From assembly GCA_964016885.1 (NCBI GenBank), contig OZ024740.1, positions 150,536,001 to 150,600,000 on the forward strand: a DNA stretch of 64,000 nucleotides. Reading direction: 5' to 3'. Below, one piece after another: positions 1 to 10,236 of the stretch (within the stretch, counting starts at the first letter, position 1; the number at the start of each line of letters is the position of its first letter). Both the position numbers and the translations under genes were made by a program. The DNA comes from Eledone cirrhosa (Eukaryota). Under the pieces are notes generated by a model. It had not been told where the DNA came from. It did not search any database and saw nothing but the letters and a program-made list of their open reading frames with translations.

Positions 1-759
1 AGACACTCAACCAACAACAACAGAAAAAACAGAGACAACACCCCTGAAGAACACAACCCCACTCCATCCCACTCCATCAAACACTACCACAAACACACAT
101 ACCGAAACACCACCACCACCACACAACATACCCTTACCCCACACACCTGACGATGATTATTCATCGACGGATGAAGCTGCTTCTCCTTCTTTAAGTGAAG
201 AAGAGGGAGAGCCGCGTAAATCTAAAAAACAAAAAAAGAGACACCACAAAACCCCCAAAACTCCAATCACCAACACCAACACACAACCACAGACACAAAC
301 AACAACACAAACAACACCACAGTCAAACATGTCCCTATCAGCAAATCCAGCACCAACACCACCCCAAACACAAGCACCCACCATAAAAAGAAAACTCCCG
401 GACGAACAACAAACTAAACAACACAACAAAAACACAAACAACAATATGCATACATCAACACAAACAACAAGAGTTTGATGGAGGTCATCTCCCAAAACCC
501 CAAGGTGGAGAGGGAGGGCAAAACTTTCGTCAAGGCAGAATCGTCTCCACACCTTAAACTTATAAGGGTTTCTATGGAAACCTATAAAGACCTAAAAATT
601 AAATTTTCACAGGACGTGGGCAACCCCTGCCACAAACCCATCAACCGCGTCCTGTTGAAAGGTTTCCCCACCCCACCCAACACCCCTTCCAGCACCCAAC
701 ACCCCATCCAGCACCCAAATGAGATTGAACAACCCGATCTCCAGGAAACGAAAAGGTAA
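1..759 (+). pseudogene. C-terminal part of Tx1-like ORF1 (Thr/Pro-rich linker, acidic+basic patch, conserved C-terminal domain), frameshifted
   Basis: SEEEGEPRKSKKQKKR patch and ...HLKLIRVSMETYKDLKIKFSQDVGNPCHKPINRVLLKGF align to the end of copy B ORF1; the two parts lie in different frames. Confidence 0.8.
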
Positions 760-800
760 GTGCACCTTTCGTCCTTTTTCTCCAACTTTTCTTCACCAAC

Positions 801-3800
801 ATGGCTGGTTTACGAGTTGGAACCGTGAATGTGCGTGGCCTAGGGATGCCCTGGAAACAGGGCCAACTTTTAAACGACCTTAGGTCACACAGTATGGATG
901 TGATAGCCATCACCGAGTCCAGGATCCACAACAGGCAGCAACTAACCCCCATCTTCGACGACCTTGAGATCTACACATCTCTCTGTCAGCCAGGAGGTGG
1001 AGGTGGAGTGGCTGTTATGTTTCGGAAGAACCTGGACGTCGGAGTACAGCAAGTACACTTGGACCCGGAGGGTAGACTGGTAGTCCTAGACGCGAACAGT
1101 ATCGGAGGTGGCGCCTTCAGACTGGTGGCCGTTTATGCCCCGACCGGGCAATCGCAATCACGGCCAGACTTCTTTAAGCGTCTAGAGCCTTTTCTGGGAA
1201 CGTCTCGCTCCTTACTTTTAGTGGGGGACTGGAATGGTATCCTAGATCCACGATGGGACTATGTGGGAGCATGTCCCAGTAGAGCGGGGTGCAACAGCCT
1301 CAAAACTTTAATCGGCCAATTCCAACTGGAATCGTAAACCGCAGTGCGACATCTAGATCATATTTAGATAGGTTCTTCATTAGAGAAAGGGACAAGGAGA
1401 TGTTAAGCTGTCCACGAATGCACATGGTTGCCTATTCAGATCACAAGTTAGTCGTCTGCTTAGTCAACCGTGATAGAATACATAGACAGGGTCCCGGATA
1501 CTGGAAGCTGAACGTGTCGTTGCCGGCACGTAAAGCTTACAGTGAACGGATAAGTAGACTAGTCAAGCAACAGTTAACGGGAGCCATCGTCAACAATAGA
1601 TGGTGGTACTCTCTCAAGAAAGCAATTAGAATAGAATCGATAGGGTATAGCAGAGAGTTAGCCTTAGAGAAAAACAGAATAGAAAGAGAACTAGTAGCCA
1701 AGGTAGAGGAGGCACTTAGAAGTGGCAACGCGGCTAGAGTGTTAGCGTCGAGAACGGCACTGGACCAGTTCTTCGATGCGAAACACGAAGGCTGCGTGGT
1801 CAGAAGCAAAACACGTGCTCTAGGAAACGAAGGAGCGAAAGCTGTCAGCTGGGCCCGAGTGGCGGAGGCAAAAAGTAGCAACAAGTCCACGATTCGGTCT
1901 TTGAAAGACCAAAACGGAAGCGTGCTACTTGACCCCAAGCAAATGTGCGCGGCCTTTCAGCGGCACTTTGCGCGACTGTTTGAGCAGAATGACGGTGAGC
2001 CGAACGGGGCAATGGACTTTAGTTCATACCTCGACGGCCTGCCGCGTCTCTCGAACACGGACGCCGAGTTCTGCGAAAGACCGATCACGGACACTGAGAT
2101 ACGGGACGCTCTGGGCCGCTGCGGGAAACGCAAGTCACCCGGTCTAGATGGTCTACCCTACGAATTTTACATAGGCGTGCCGGACTTGTTCTCTGGCGTC
2201 CTCGAAGCCGTCTACTGCAATTGGCAGGAGAACGGGAGAATTCCCAGTTCTGCAGGCAAGGGCGTAGTAACGCTGATCAGGAAAGAGGAGAACAAGGGGG
2301 ACGAAATTAACAACTTCAGGCCCATAACTCTGCTCAACACAGAGTTAAAGATTTTGGCCAAGGTGCTAGCGACGAGGTTGGCGCTTGTCGTCGAGAACCT
2401 GGTAGGGAAAGCGCAAACGTGTGCAATCCCGACCAGGTCCATACACGACAACCTCCACCTCATGCGATACATCATAGAGAGGGTAGGTAGTAAACCCGGC
2501 TTCGGTAGGGCTCTGATCAACTTGGATCAGTCTAAGGCATTTGATAGGGTCGACCATCGATACTTGGAAGCGGTTCTCAAGGCAGCCGGTTTCGGTCCCG
2601 TGTTCAGAGGATGGATCGAGGCGATGCACACCAGCATCTGCTCGAGGGTCAAGTAGAACGGCTACCTATCGGAGCCGTTCGCAATCACGCGTTCCATTCG
2701 ACAGGGATGCCCTCTCTCCTTCATTCTGTATGTATTGACTCTAGAGCCACTAATGCGGAAGCTGGATCGAACTAGGACTACGGAAAGAAGCGTCGGCCTA
2801 GGCAAAGCCATGCCTTCCGACAGTGTCGTTGGACGTTGGACGGAATGACCAGTGAAATTGCTCGGGGTCTGGTTTGGTCCAGACCTCCAGGTGGACAAGA
2901 ACTGGAACGAGGTCACGGCGAAGGTATTTGCACACACTCAGAAGTGGGCTGAGAGCAAACTCTCCTTGAAAGGTCGAGCGGAGGAGGCGAACATAGTGTC
3001 CGTCATCTACTACCGCTTGGCGGTCGTGCCATATCCCGCGAATACCTCACCAAAATGAAACGCCTACTCTTCAAGTTCCTCTGGAAGAAACAGGCTCCAT
3101 TGGTGAGGAGATACATCTGCTGTCAACACCCTCTTAACGGAGGGCTAGGCATGCCGTGGCTGATGATGCGCAAACACGCACTGAGGCTACGCCATCTCCA
3201 GGTATTCCTGACCAGTAAATCGGTGTGGTTGTCGTTTGTGAGACAAGCTCTTCCACAACTCGTCTCGCTAACAGAGCTGCAGTCCCGGGTCAAGCGAAGA
3301 CCAAAAATGGGTGCCTGGTACCTCGAGTGCCTTTAGGCGCTCACAGCCCTCTACGAAGCGGAAACGGTAATCAGCGGAGACTCCACTTCGACATTCTATA
3401 GGGGATCAGTGGAAGATAAGTGCGACGACGTTCTCGGGGAAACTCTAGGCATCGAGGAAGACGAACTGACCAGACTGTTCGGGAGGACTTTCCGTCCAGG
3501 GCCTATGGATAACTTCCAGAGGTCTCTGGCCTGGCAGTGCTACCGAGGAGTTCTACCAGTTCGCGACAAAATCTACAGGCACGGACGCCCTGGCAGAGAT
3601 CCTGCCAAACGGACCTGTCCAAGATGCGAGCAGGACATCGAAACCGTTCTGCACGCAATTGTTCAGTGCACAGGGGTGACCGACCTATGGAATTATGTCG
3701 AACAGCTACTGTCACGTGTGGGACGCATCCAGTTGTCAGCCGAGTTCATTGTGAGGATCACCCCGCCGCCTTCATTTAAGAATTAAGGAGAGGCGGTCTT

Positions 3801-4033
3801 CCTCTGTCAAGGTGGCTATGGCGGAAGAGGTAATATGGTGGACGAGGTTAAAAGGACTGAGGGCAAGAAACTTTCTCTCCGGACAACAACTTATCCCCTT
3901 CTTTAAGTACCACTTCAGAAGGAAGGTGAGAGTGGAGAGAGAGGTGCTACACCCCAGTAAATTCACTGAAAGGTGGGTGAATGTGGCGAAAATGGCCCGG
4001 GTGAATGGGCGTTCGCTGTATATAAACCTGTAG
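801..4033 (+). pseudogene. Disrupted ORF2 (APE endonuclease-RT-CCHC) of copy A
   Basis: APE motifs (NVRGL, ITE, GDWN, YLDR, SDH) and RT motifs (FRPITLLN, LDQSKAFDRVDH). Frameshifting deletion near 1330, stop at 2654-2656, deletion near 2770-2800 that removes YADD, and further stops. Confidence 0.93.
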
Positions 4034-4285
4034 GTTGAGGAAGATAAACAGAGGGAAAACGGGAACACCTACAAAACGTGTTCCTGGTGTTGAGGGTTGT
4101 TCTATCCACGGGGTGTAAAACAACCCTGCAGTAGCGTTACCCCCCCCCCCTAATGGGGATTTCAATTGTTTTATTTTTATATAGTTTATTGTTATTTATC
4201 ATTGGTAAAGATGATATGTAAAACCCCCGCCGTCACGTCTTGTAATGTCCCATTTTTGTACGCCCCTGTGACAAATAAAGTAAGA

Positions 4286-4329
<44 letters not shown>

Positions 4330-4331
4330 AT

Positions 4332-4380
<49 letters not shown>

Positions 4381-4415
4381 ATATCTGTCTGTCTGTCTAT
4401 CTATCTATCTATTTA

Positions 4416-4476
<61 letters not shown>

Positions 4477-4479
4477 ATA

Positions 4480-4525
<46 letters not shown>
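4286..4525. repeat. (TATC)n / (TGTC)n microsatellite between Tx1 copies A and B
   Basis: Direct reading. Confidence 0.98.
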
Positions 4526-4527
<2 letters not shown>

Positions 4528-4728
4528 GATAGAGTAAGACACGCTTCGCATCGGCTCCGCTATTCCATCGGGATTTACCCTTACTATTGTAAGTACCGGA
4601 TAAATTTTTTAGTGCAACACATTTGGAACACTAACCCCTGTTATTTAGGGAAACATTTTTGCATTTACCCCCTTTTTAGGGGGTAAAATAAATATCTATT
4701 TTTGCCGAAAAATTTCTTTCTTGGCAGC

Positions 4729-6564
4729 ATGGCGGAAAAGATGGCAGACATGTCTGCCATTAGCTCTGCCACGCCCCCCAAGTCTGAAGAACAAAAAATA
4801 ATTACAACAAAATTAGACATTGAAACAAACAAACAAAATGAAAAAACAAATGTTAAGGAAAATGAGCAAACAGAAAACAAACAAACAGAAAATAATACAA
4901 ATAACGACAGGGCAACTTTCGCCCAGAAAACAAAGCAATCCATTACATACACACCAATTGACCTAACTGCCGCCAGAGAAAAACTGGCCGAAGCAAAGAA
5001 ACATATTGTTTTGGGGGAGAACGGAATGTTTTCCATTAACTCCCCCCCAGAATTCAAGAAAGCCAGAGCAGAAAACACAGTTATATACAGAACTATACTA
5101 AACCAGTCAAGAAAGCCAGCACAGCCCAGCCAAATGGAAATAGAGTTAGTCCTAAAAGACTATATGAAGAATATTCTCTTCATACGAAAGGACCGACTCT
5201 ATGGCAGCATTTCGGTCCTAACAAGAGACAAAGAAACGGCGGTTCAGCTTTCCCTAAGCCCACTCTCGTCGACAACATATAGCTTCTATCCCTCCTACAT
5301 GGGTAGAAGAACACAGAGAATAAAAGTAAAAACAATGCTGCCCACAATGGACTTCTGGTGGGCTATTGCTGGCTTCATTGATATGGGCGAAGACACTATG
5401 CTGTCAATGGGGAAGGCAACTGGAGATGCGTTCCTGGGAATGGGCCTCGACATACTAGTCCAAATGAGGCCCGAAAGAATAGCACAAATCCCGGATCGCA
5501 TCTGGCTGGATGACCTTACCCCAATAGACATAATTGTAGAGGGGAGAAGACCAGCATGCTATTTATGCATGGAAAGGGGACACGTTAAGGCTAACTGCCC
5601 GAAACGTATCCCCCAAAAAGGACTATTGCCCACACCCACCACAAACAGTACACCAGCACCACCCACCTCCAAAAATACACTAATACCACACACAGCAAAC
5701 AAAATACAGACACCACCAACCACAAACACAACACAAACATCACCACCACCAGCACCAAACACAAGCACGACACAAAAATCACCACCACCAACCACAACAC
5801 AAACATCACCACCACCATTACCAACCACAAGCACGACACAAACATTACCACCACCACCACCACAAAACCCATTCCAAACAAATAATAAAAAAAACAGTAA
5901 CAAATCTACCCCTCCCGCAAAAAAAAACAACCACACAACACGTCCCTCCCACCTAGCGCTGAAGAGTTTCCCCCAACTTCTGAAGAAGAAGGAGGAGAAG
6001 CCTTCAGACAAGTTAAAAGAAAAAAAAGAAAACACACACCCAGCACACCACAAATAACCCACACACAAACACCAACTCCAATCAAAAACACCCCACCCTC
6101 AACAAACAAAAATAAATCTGCGCCTCCCCTCTCCGAAACATTGACAGCATCACAAAAAAAAGACGTTGCAATACACATATATAAATAAAGAAAACAAAAA
6201 ACTGGTTAAATTAATAAACAATAACCCTATGGTGCAGACCGAAGGGCCAAACTTTATCTCAACAGAGAACTTCACCCATTTAAAAATGATAAAGGTCCCT
6301 CTGGACCTTTATCGTTCCTTAAAAGAACAATTTAGACGGGACGTGAGCCCCCCCTGTTTAAAACCGTTGAATCGCGTCCTCTTGAAAGATTTCCCCATAA
6401 CCGCCCCTCTCCCTGACACAACTCCAAATACCCCAACCCCACCACACACGTGTACCCCCACACCACCACAAAACATCCCTCCACCCAACACACCTGATGC
6501 CATGGAAATTACGCAACCCGGAGAGGTAAGTGCTTTTCTTTCTTCACTTTCAACACCAAAATAG
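4729..6564 (+). CDS. ORF1 (gag-like nucleic-acid-binding protein) of copy B, interrupted by two compensating frameshifts at A-runs
   Basis: ATG at 4729; CYLCMERGHVKANC zinc knuckle; Pro/Thr-rich linker. The SEEEGGEAFRQVKRKKRK patch lies in a different frame between A-runs at about 5919-5927 and 6155-6162; the conserved C-terminal domain is back in the original frame. Confidence 0.82.
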
Positions 6565-9500
6565 ATCAATTGAGAGTTGGCTGTTTGAACGCGCGTGGCC
6601 TGAGCTCAGCTTGGAAGCAAGCAAAGCTTCTAAGTGACCTCAGGTCACAAAGTATAGATGTGATGGTTGTTTGCGAGAGTCGGATCAGCAGCGTGAGACA
6701 GCTGGCGCCCGCCTTCGATGACTTTGAGATGCACGCATCTCTCTGTCAACCCGGAGGCGGGGGGGGGGGGGGAGTTGCCGTACTGCTGGATAAACGTCTG
6801 ACTCTCGACGTACAGATTGTTCACTCGGACCCGGGGGGTCGATTACTGGTGCTGGACGTCGGAGGTGGTGAAGGCGGGGCTTTCAGACTGGTCGGTCTTT
6901 ATGCTCCCTTCGGGGCGGAGAGAGCCGACTTCTTCCAACGTCTGGAGACTTTTCTAGGAACGTCGCGTTCCCTGCTTTTAGTGGGGGACTGGAATGGAAT
7001 CCTAGATGCGCGTTGGGACTATGCAGGGGCATGTCCCGATAGAGGGGGGTGTAGCAGCCTCAAGGGGTTACTCGATCGATTCGACCTGGTCGATAGATTT
7101 CGACTAGATTGTCCAACTGCGCCAACCTGGACCTGGGCAAACCGCAGTGGACAATCTAGATCGTACCTAGATAGGTTTTTGGTTAGGAGTAAGGATAGGG
7201 ACGTATTTAGTTGTCCAGAACTGATCATGGTTGGCTATTCAGATCACAAATTAGTGACCTGCGTGGTCAACCTTGATAGAACGCATAGACAGGGTCCCGG
7301 TTACTGGAAGATGAACTTGTCCTTACCGACAAAGAAAGATTACAGAAACCGGATTAGTAGCTTAGTTAAGATGCGGTTGACGGGAGCGATCGTCAACAGT
7401 AGGTGGTGGATATCTCTAAAGAGAGAGATTAGAGTAAGTTCGATAGGTTACAGTAAGGAACTAGCGGCGAATAGAAATAGGAGGGAAAGGGAGTTAACAG
7501 ATAAACTAGAAGAGGCGATTAGGAGCGGAGACGTAGCCAGAGTGTTAGCGACGAGAACGGCATTGAGCCAGTTCTTTGACGCGAAGCACGAAGGCTGCGT
7601 TGTCCGAAGTAAAATACGTGCTTTAGGAAACGAGGGGACCAAAGCTGTTAGCTGGGCCCGCGTGACAGAAGCCAAGAGTGGGATTAAATCCACCATTCGG
7701 TCTTTGCGAGACCAGGATGGACGGGTGATCCTTGAACCTGAGCGAATGTGCGAGACCTTTCAAAGGCACTTTGCTCGACTGTTCGGAGGTGGCGGGGGGC
7801 CGGACGGGGATGTGGACTTCGGTCCATACCTCGACGGTCTACCGCGTCTTTCGAGCGGCGAAGCGGAGTGCTGCGAAGGGCCAATCACAGCCACTGAAAT
7901 CGGGGAAGCGCTCAGCCAATGCAGCAGACGCAAATCCCCGGGTCTCGATGGTCTACCATACGAACTTTATTTAGCTATGCCGGTCTTGTTCTCCGAACTC
8001 CTCGAGGCTGTCTATTGCAACTGGCAACAGAACGGGAGAATTCCCTGTTCTGTGACCAAGGGCGTGGTCACGCTAGTGAGGAAGGACGAGAGCAAGGGGG
8101 ACGACTTAAGTAACTTTAGGCCCATAACTCTGCTGAATGCAGAGTTACAGATTTTGGCCAAGGTGTTGGCGAAGAGGTTGGCGCTTGTGGTGGGTGGTTT
8201 GGTGGGAGACGCGCAGACATGCGCTATCCCGTCCAGGTCCATTCACGACAACCTCCACCTCATGCGATACATCATAGAGAGGGTTGGCTACGAACCCGGC
8301 TTTGGTGGGGCCCTGATCAACTTGGATCAATCTAAGGCGTTCGATAGGGTCGACCATGGTTACCTGGATGCGGTGCTAGCGGCGGCGGGCTTCGGACCCG
8401 TTTTCAGGGGCTGGATTTCTGCCATGCACAGTGGCAACATCTACTCTAGGATTAAAGTAAACGGCTACCTCTCAGAGCCGTTTCAAATCACCCGATCCAT
8501 CAGACAGGGGTGCCCCCTCTCCTCCCTTCTGTACGTATTGACTCTCGAGCCACTGCTGCGGAAGTTGGAGTTGCTGCGGGGCATACCCCTGGAACCGGGA
8601 TTGCACAAAGCGGTCTCGGCCTATGCCGACGACGTAACAGTAATGGTGGCGGACGCCTCGGAAATCGGGGCGATCGCCACCCTACTGGAGGAATACGAAA
8701 GGCTGACGGGGGCTAAGCTGAACCAGGACAAGTCAGTCGGTTTGCAACTCGGAACGTGGAGGGGCAAACCGATGCCGTTAGACGGTGTCGTCGGGCGGTG
8801 GACGGAGGGCCCGGTGAAGCTGCTCGGGGTCTGGTTCGGACCGGACCTCCAGGTGGAGAAGAATTGGGGCGAGGTGACGAGCAGGGTGTTTGCGCTGACC
8901 CAGAAGTGGGCCAAGTGCAAACTATCACTGAAAGGTCGGGCGGAGGTGACGAACGCTTACATAGCGTCCGTCATCTACTACCGCCTGACCGTCGTGCCTT
9001 GCCCCAAGGAAAAGCTCACCATCATGGAACGCATGCTCTTCCAGTTCCTCTGGAAGAAGCGGCCTCCCATGGTGAGGAGATCCATCTGCTGCCAGCACCC
9101 TTCGAAAGGAGGGCTGGGTATGCCGTGGCTGTTGATGCGTAGGCACGCATTGAGGCTACGGCATCTACAGGTATTCCTCAACGGTCAGCCGGTGTGGGCC
9201 CCGTTTGTGAGGCGAGCCTTCCCACAGCTCGTCTCGCTCACCGAACTGCAATCCTGGGTGAAGCAAAGACCGAGAAAACTGGGCAACTGGCACACTGAGT
9301 GTGCCCAGGCGCTCACGGCTATCTGGCAAGCGGACCCGACTGTCAGTGGAGAATCCACCTCGACATTCTATAGAGGGTTGGTGGCTAGCAGGGGCGACGA
9401 CACCCTTGGAGAGTCGCTAGGCATGGAGGAGGACGAACTGGCCAGCCTGTTCGGTAGAACTTTCGGCCCGGGACCCATGGACAACTTCCAGAGGTCCCTA

Positions 9501-10004
9501 GCCTGGCAGTGTTACCGGGGGGCTCTGCCCGTTCGAGAAAAGCTCTACAGACACGGGCGCCCGGGCAGGGATCCCGCGAAAAAGATCTGTCCCAGATGCG
9601 TGCGCGACGAGGAAACCGTTGCGCATGCACTGGTACACTGCCCGGGCGTTGCCGATCTGTGGGGCTACGTCGAACGACTGCTGTCGCGTGTGGCGCCGAT
9701 TCGATTAACCGCCGAGTCTGTGGTGAACATCAAGCCGCCTCCTCCCTTCAGAAATGAAGCAGAGGCGGTCTTTCTGTGCGTAATAGCCATGATGAAAGAG
9801 GTTGTGTGGTGGACGCGCCTGAAAGGTCTGAGGTCGGGTGACTTTCTCTCCGGCCATCACCTGGTTTACTTCTTCCGATACCACTTCGGAAGAAGAATCA
9901 GGATGGAGAGAGAAGTGCTTGGTCCCAGACAGTTTTATGAAAGGTGGGTGAAAGAAGCGAGAATGGCCCGTGTAAATGGGCCTTCTCTCTACATTGTTCT
10001 GTAG
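6561..10004 (+). CDS. ORF2 of copy B: APE endonuclease + reverse transcriptase + C-terminal CCHC finger; no internal stops
   Basis: NARGL, GDWN, YLDR, SDH; PGLDG, FRPITLLN, KAFDRVDH, RQGCPLS, YADD; CPRC..ETVAHALVHC. Alignment to copies A and C puts the start at 6561 (ATA); the ORF track start is TTG 6570. Confidence 0.95.
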   Translation: MDQLRVGCLNARGLSSAWKQAKLLSDLRSQSIDVMVVCESRISSVRQLAPAFDDFEMHASLCQPGGGGGGGVAVLLDKRLTLDVQIVHSDPGGRLLVLDVGGGEGGAFRLVGLYAPFGAERADFFQRLETFLGTSRSLLLVGDWNGILDARWDYAGACPDRGGCSSLKGLLDRFDLVDRFRLDCPTAPTWTWANRSGQSRSYLDRFLVRSKDRDVFSCPELIMVGYSDHKLVTCVVNLDRTHRQGPGYWKMNLSLPTKKDYRNRISSLVKMRLTGAIVNSRWWISLKREIRVSSIGYSKELAANRNRRERELTDKLEEAIRSGDVARVLATRTALSQFFDAKHEGCVVRSKIRALGNEGTKAVSWARVTEAKSGIKSTIRSLRDQDGRVILEPERMCETFQRHFARLFGGGGGPDGDVDFGPYLDGLPRLSSGEAECCEGPITATEIGEALSQCSRRKSPGLDGLPYELYLAMPVLFSELLEAVYCNWQQNGRIPCSVTKGVVTLVRKDESKGDDLSNFRPITLLNAELQILAKVLAKRLALVVGGLVGDAQTCAIPSRSIHDNLHLMRYIIERVGYEPGFGGALINLDQSKAFDRVDHGYLDAVLAAAGFGPVFRGWISAMHSGNIYSRIKVNGYLSEPFQITRSIRQGCPLSSLLYVLTLEPLLRKLELLRGIPLEPGLHKAVSAYADDVTVMVADASEIGAIATLLEEYERLTGAKLNQDKSVGLQLGTWRGKPMPLDGVVGRWTEGPVKLLGVWFGPDLQVEKNWGEVTSRVFALTQKWAKCKLSLKGRAEVTNAYIASVIYYRLTVVPCPKEKLTIMERMLFQFLWKKRPPMVRRSICCQHPSKGGLGMPWLLMRRHALRLRHLQVFLNGQPVWAPFVRRAFPQLVSLTELQSWVKQRPRKLGNWHTECAQALTAIWQADPTVSGESTSTFYRGLVASRGDDTLGESLGMEEDELASLFGRTFGPGPMDNFQRSLAWQCYRGALPVREKLYRHGRPGRDPAKKICPRCVRDEETVAHALVHCPGVADLWGYVERLLSRVAPIRLTAESVVNIKPPPPFRNEAEAVFLCVIAMMKEVVWWTRLKGLRSGDFLSGHHLVYFFRYHFGRRIRMEREVLGPRQFYERWVKEARMARVNGPSLYIVL

Positions 10005-10236
10005 GTGAAGAAGTGAAGAGGAAAGGGGGAGCGCCTCCTCTCTGGGCTTCCCCCGCGAAAAGAGTTGCACACTTTTCGGGGGTATGTGCAATCCCCAACA
10101 CGCCCCCTCCCTTTTGAGGACTTTTTATTGTTATATTATTATTGTTATTCCTTTTTTCTTTACTCGATTTATGTAAACTCCCCCACTGTGTAAATGTCCC
10201 CTTCTTTTGTGCCCTCGTGGCAAATAAATAGAAATT

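Larger units (their letters stand above)
1..4285 (+). mobile_element. Tx1-like (L1 superfamily) non-LTR retrotransposon, copy A; 5' part outside window; inactive
   Basis: C-terminal ORF1 (stop 757-759), ORF2 fragments 801-4033 collinear with the intact ORF2 of copy B, 3' UTR with AATAAA ending directly in (TATC)n. Confidence 0.93.
4526..10236 (+). mobile_element. Full-length Tx1-like non-LTR retrotransposon, copy B
   Basis: About 200-nt 5' UTR, ORF1 with CCHC knuckle, uninterrupted ORF2, 3' UTR; (TATC)n on both sides. Confidence 0.95.

Noticed and set aside
1537-2520. Antisense ORFs recurring at equivalent positions in all three Tx1 copies (also 7448-8242 and 53751-54731)
   Set aside because: Expected shadow of conserved, GC-rich sense codons; lengths and starts vary and there is no independent motif.
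6526-6564. 39-nt mini-intron (GTAAGT...AATAG) fusing ORF1 to ORF2 in copy B
   Set aside because: Removal keeps the ORF1 frame and hits TGA two codons later; copies A and C have no AG in the spacer.
1-10236. Copies A and B as a tandem duplication or LTR-type structure
   Set aside because: Sequences differ throughout, including UTRs; no LTRs, integrase or protease.
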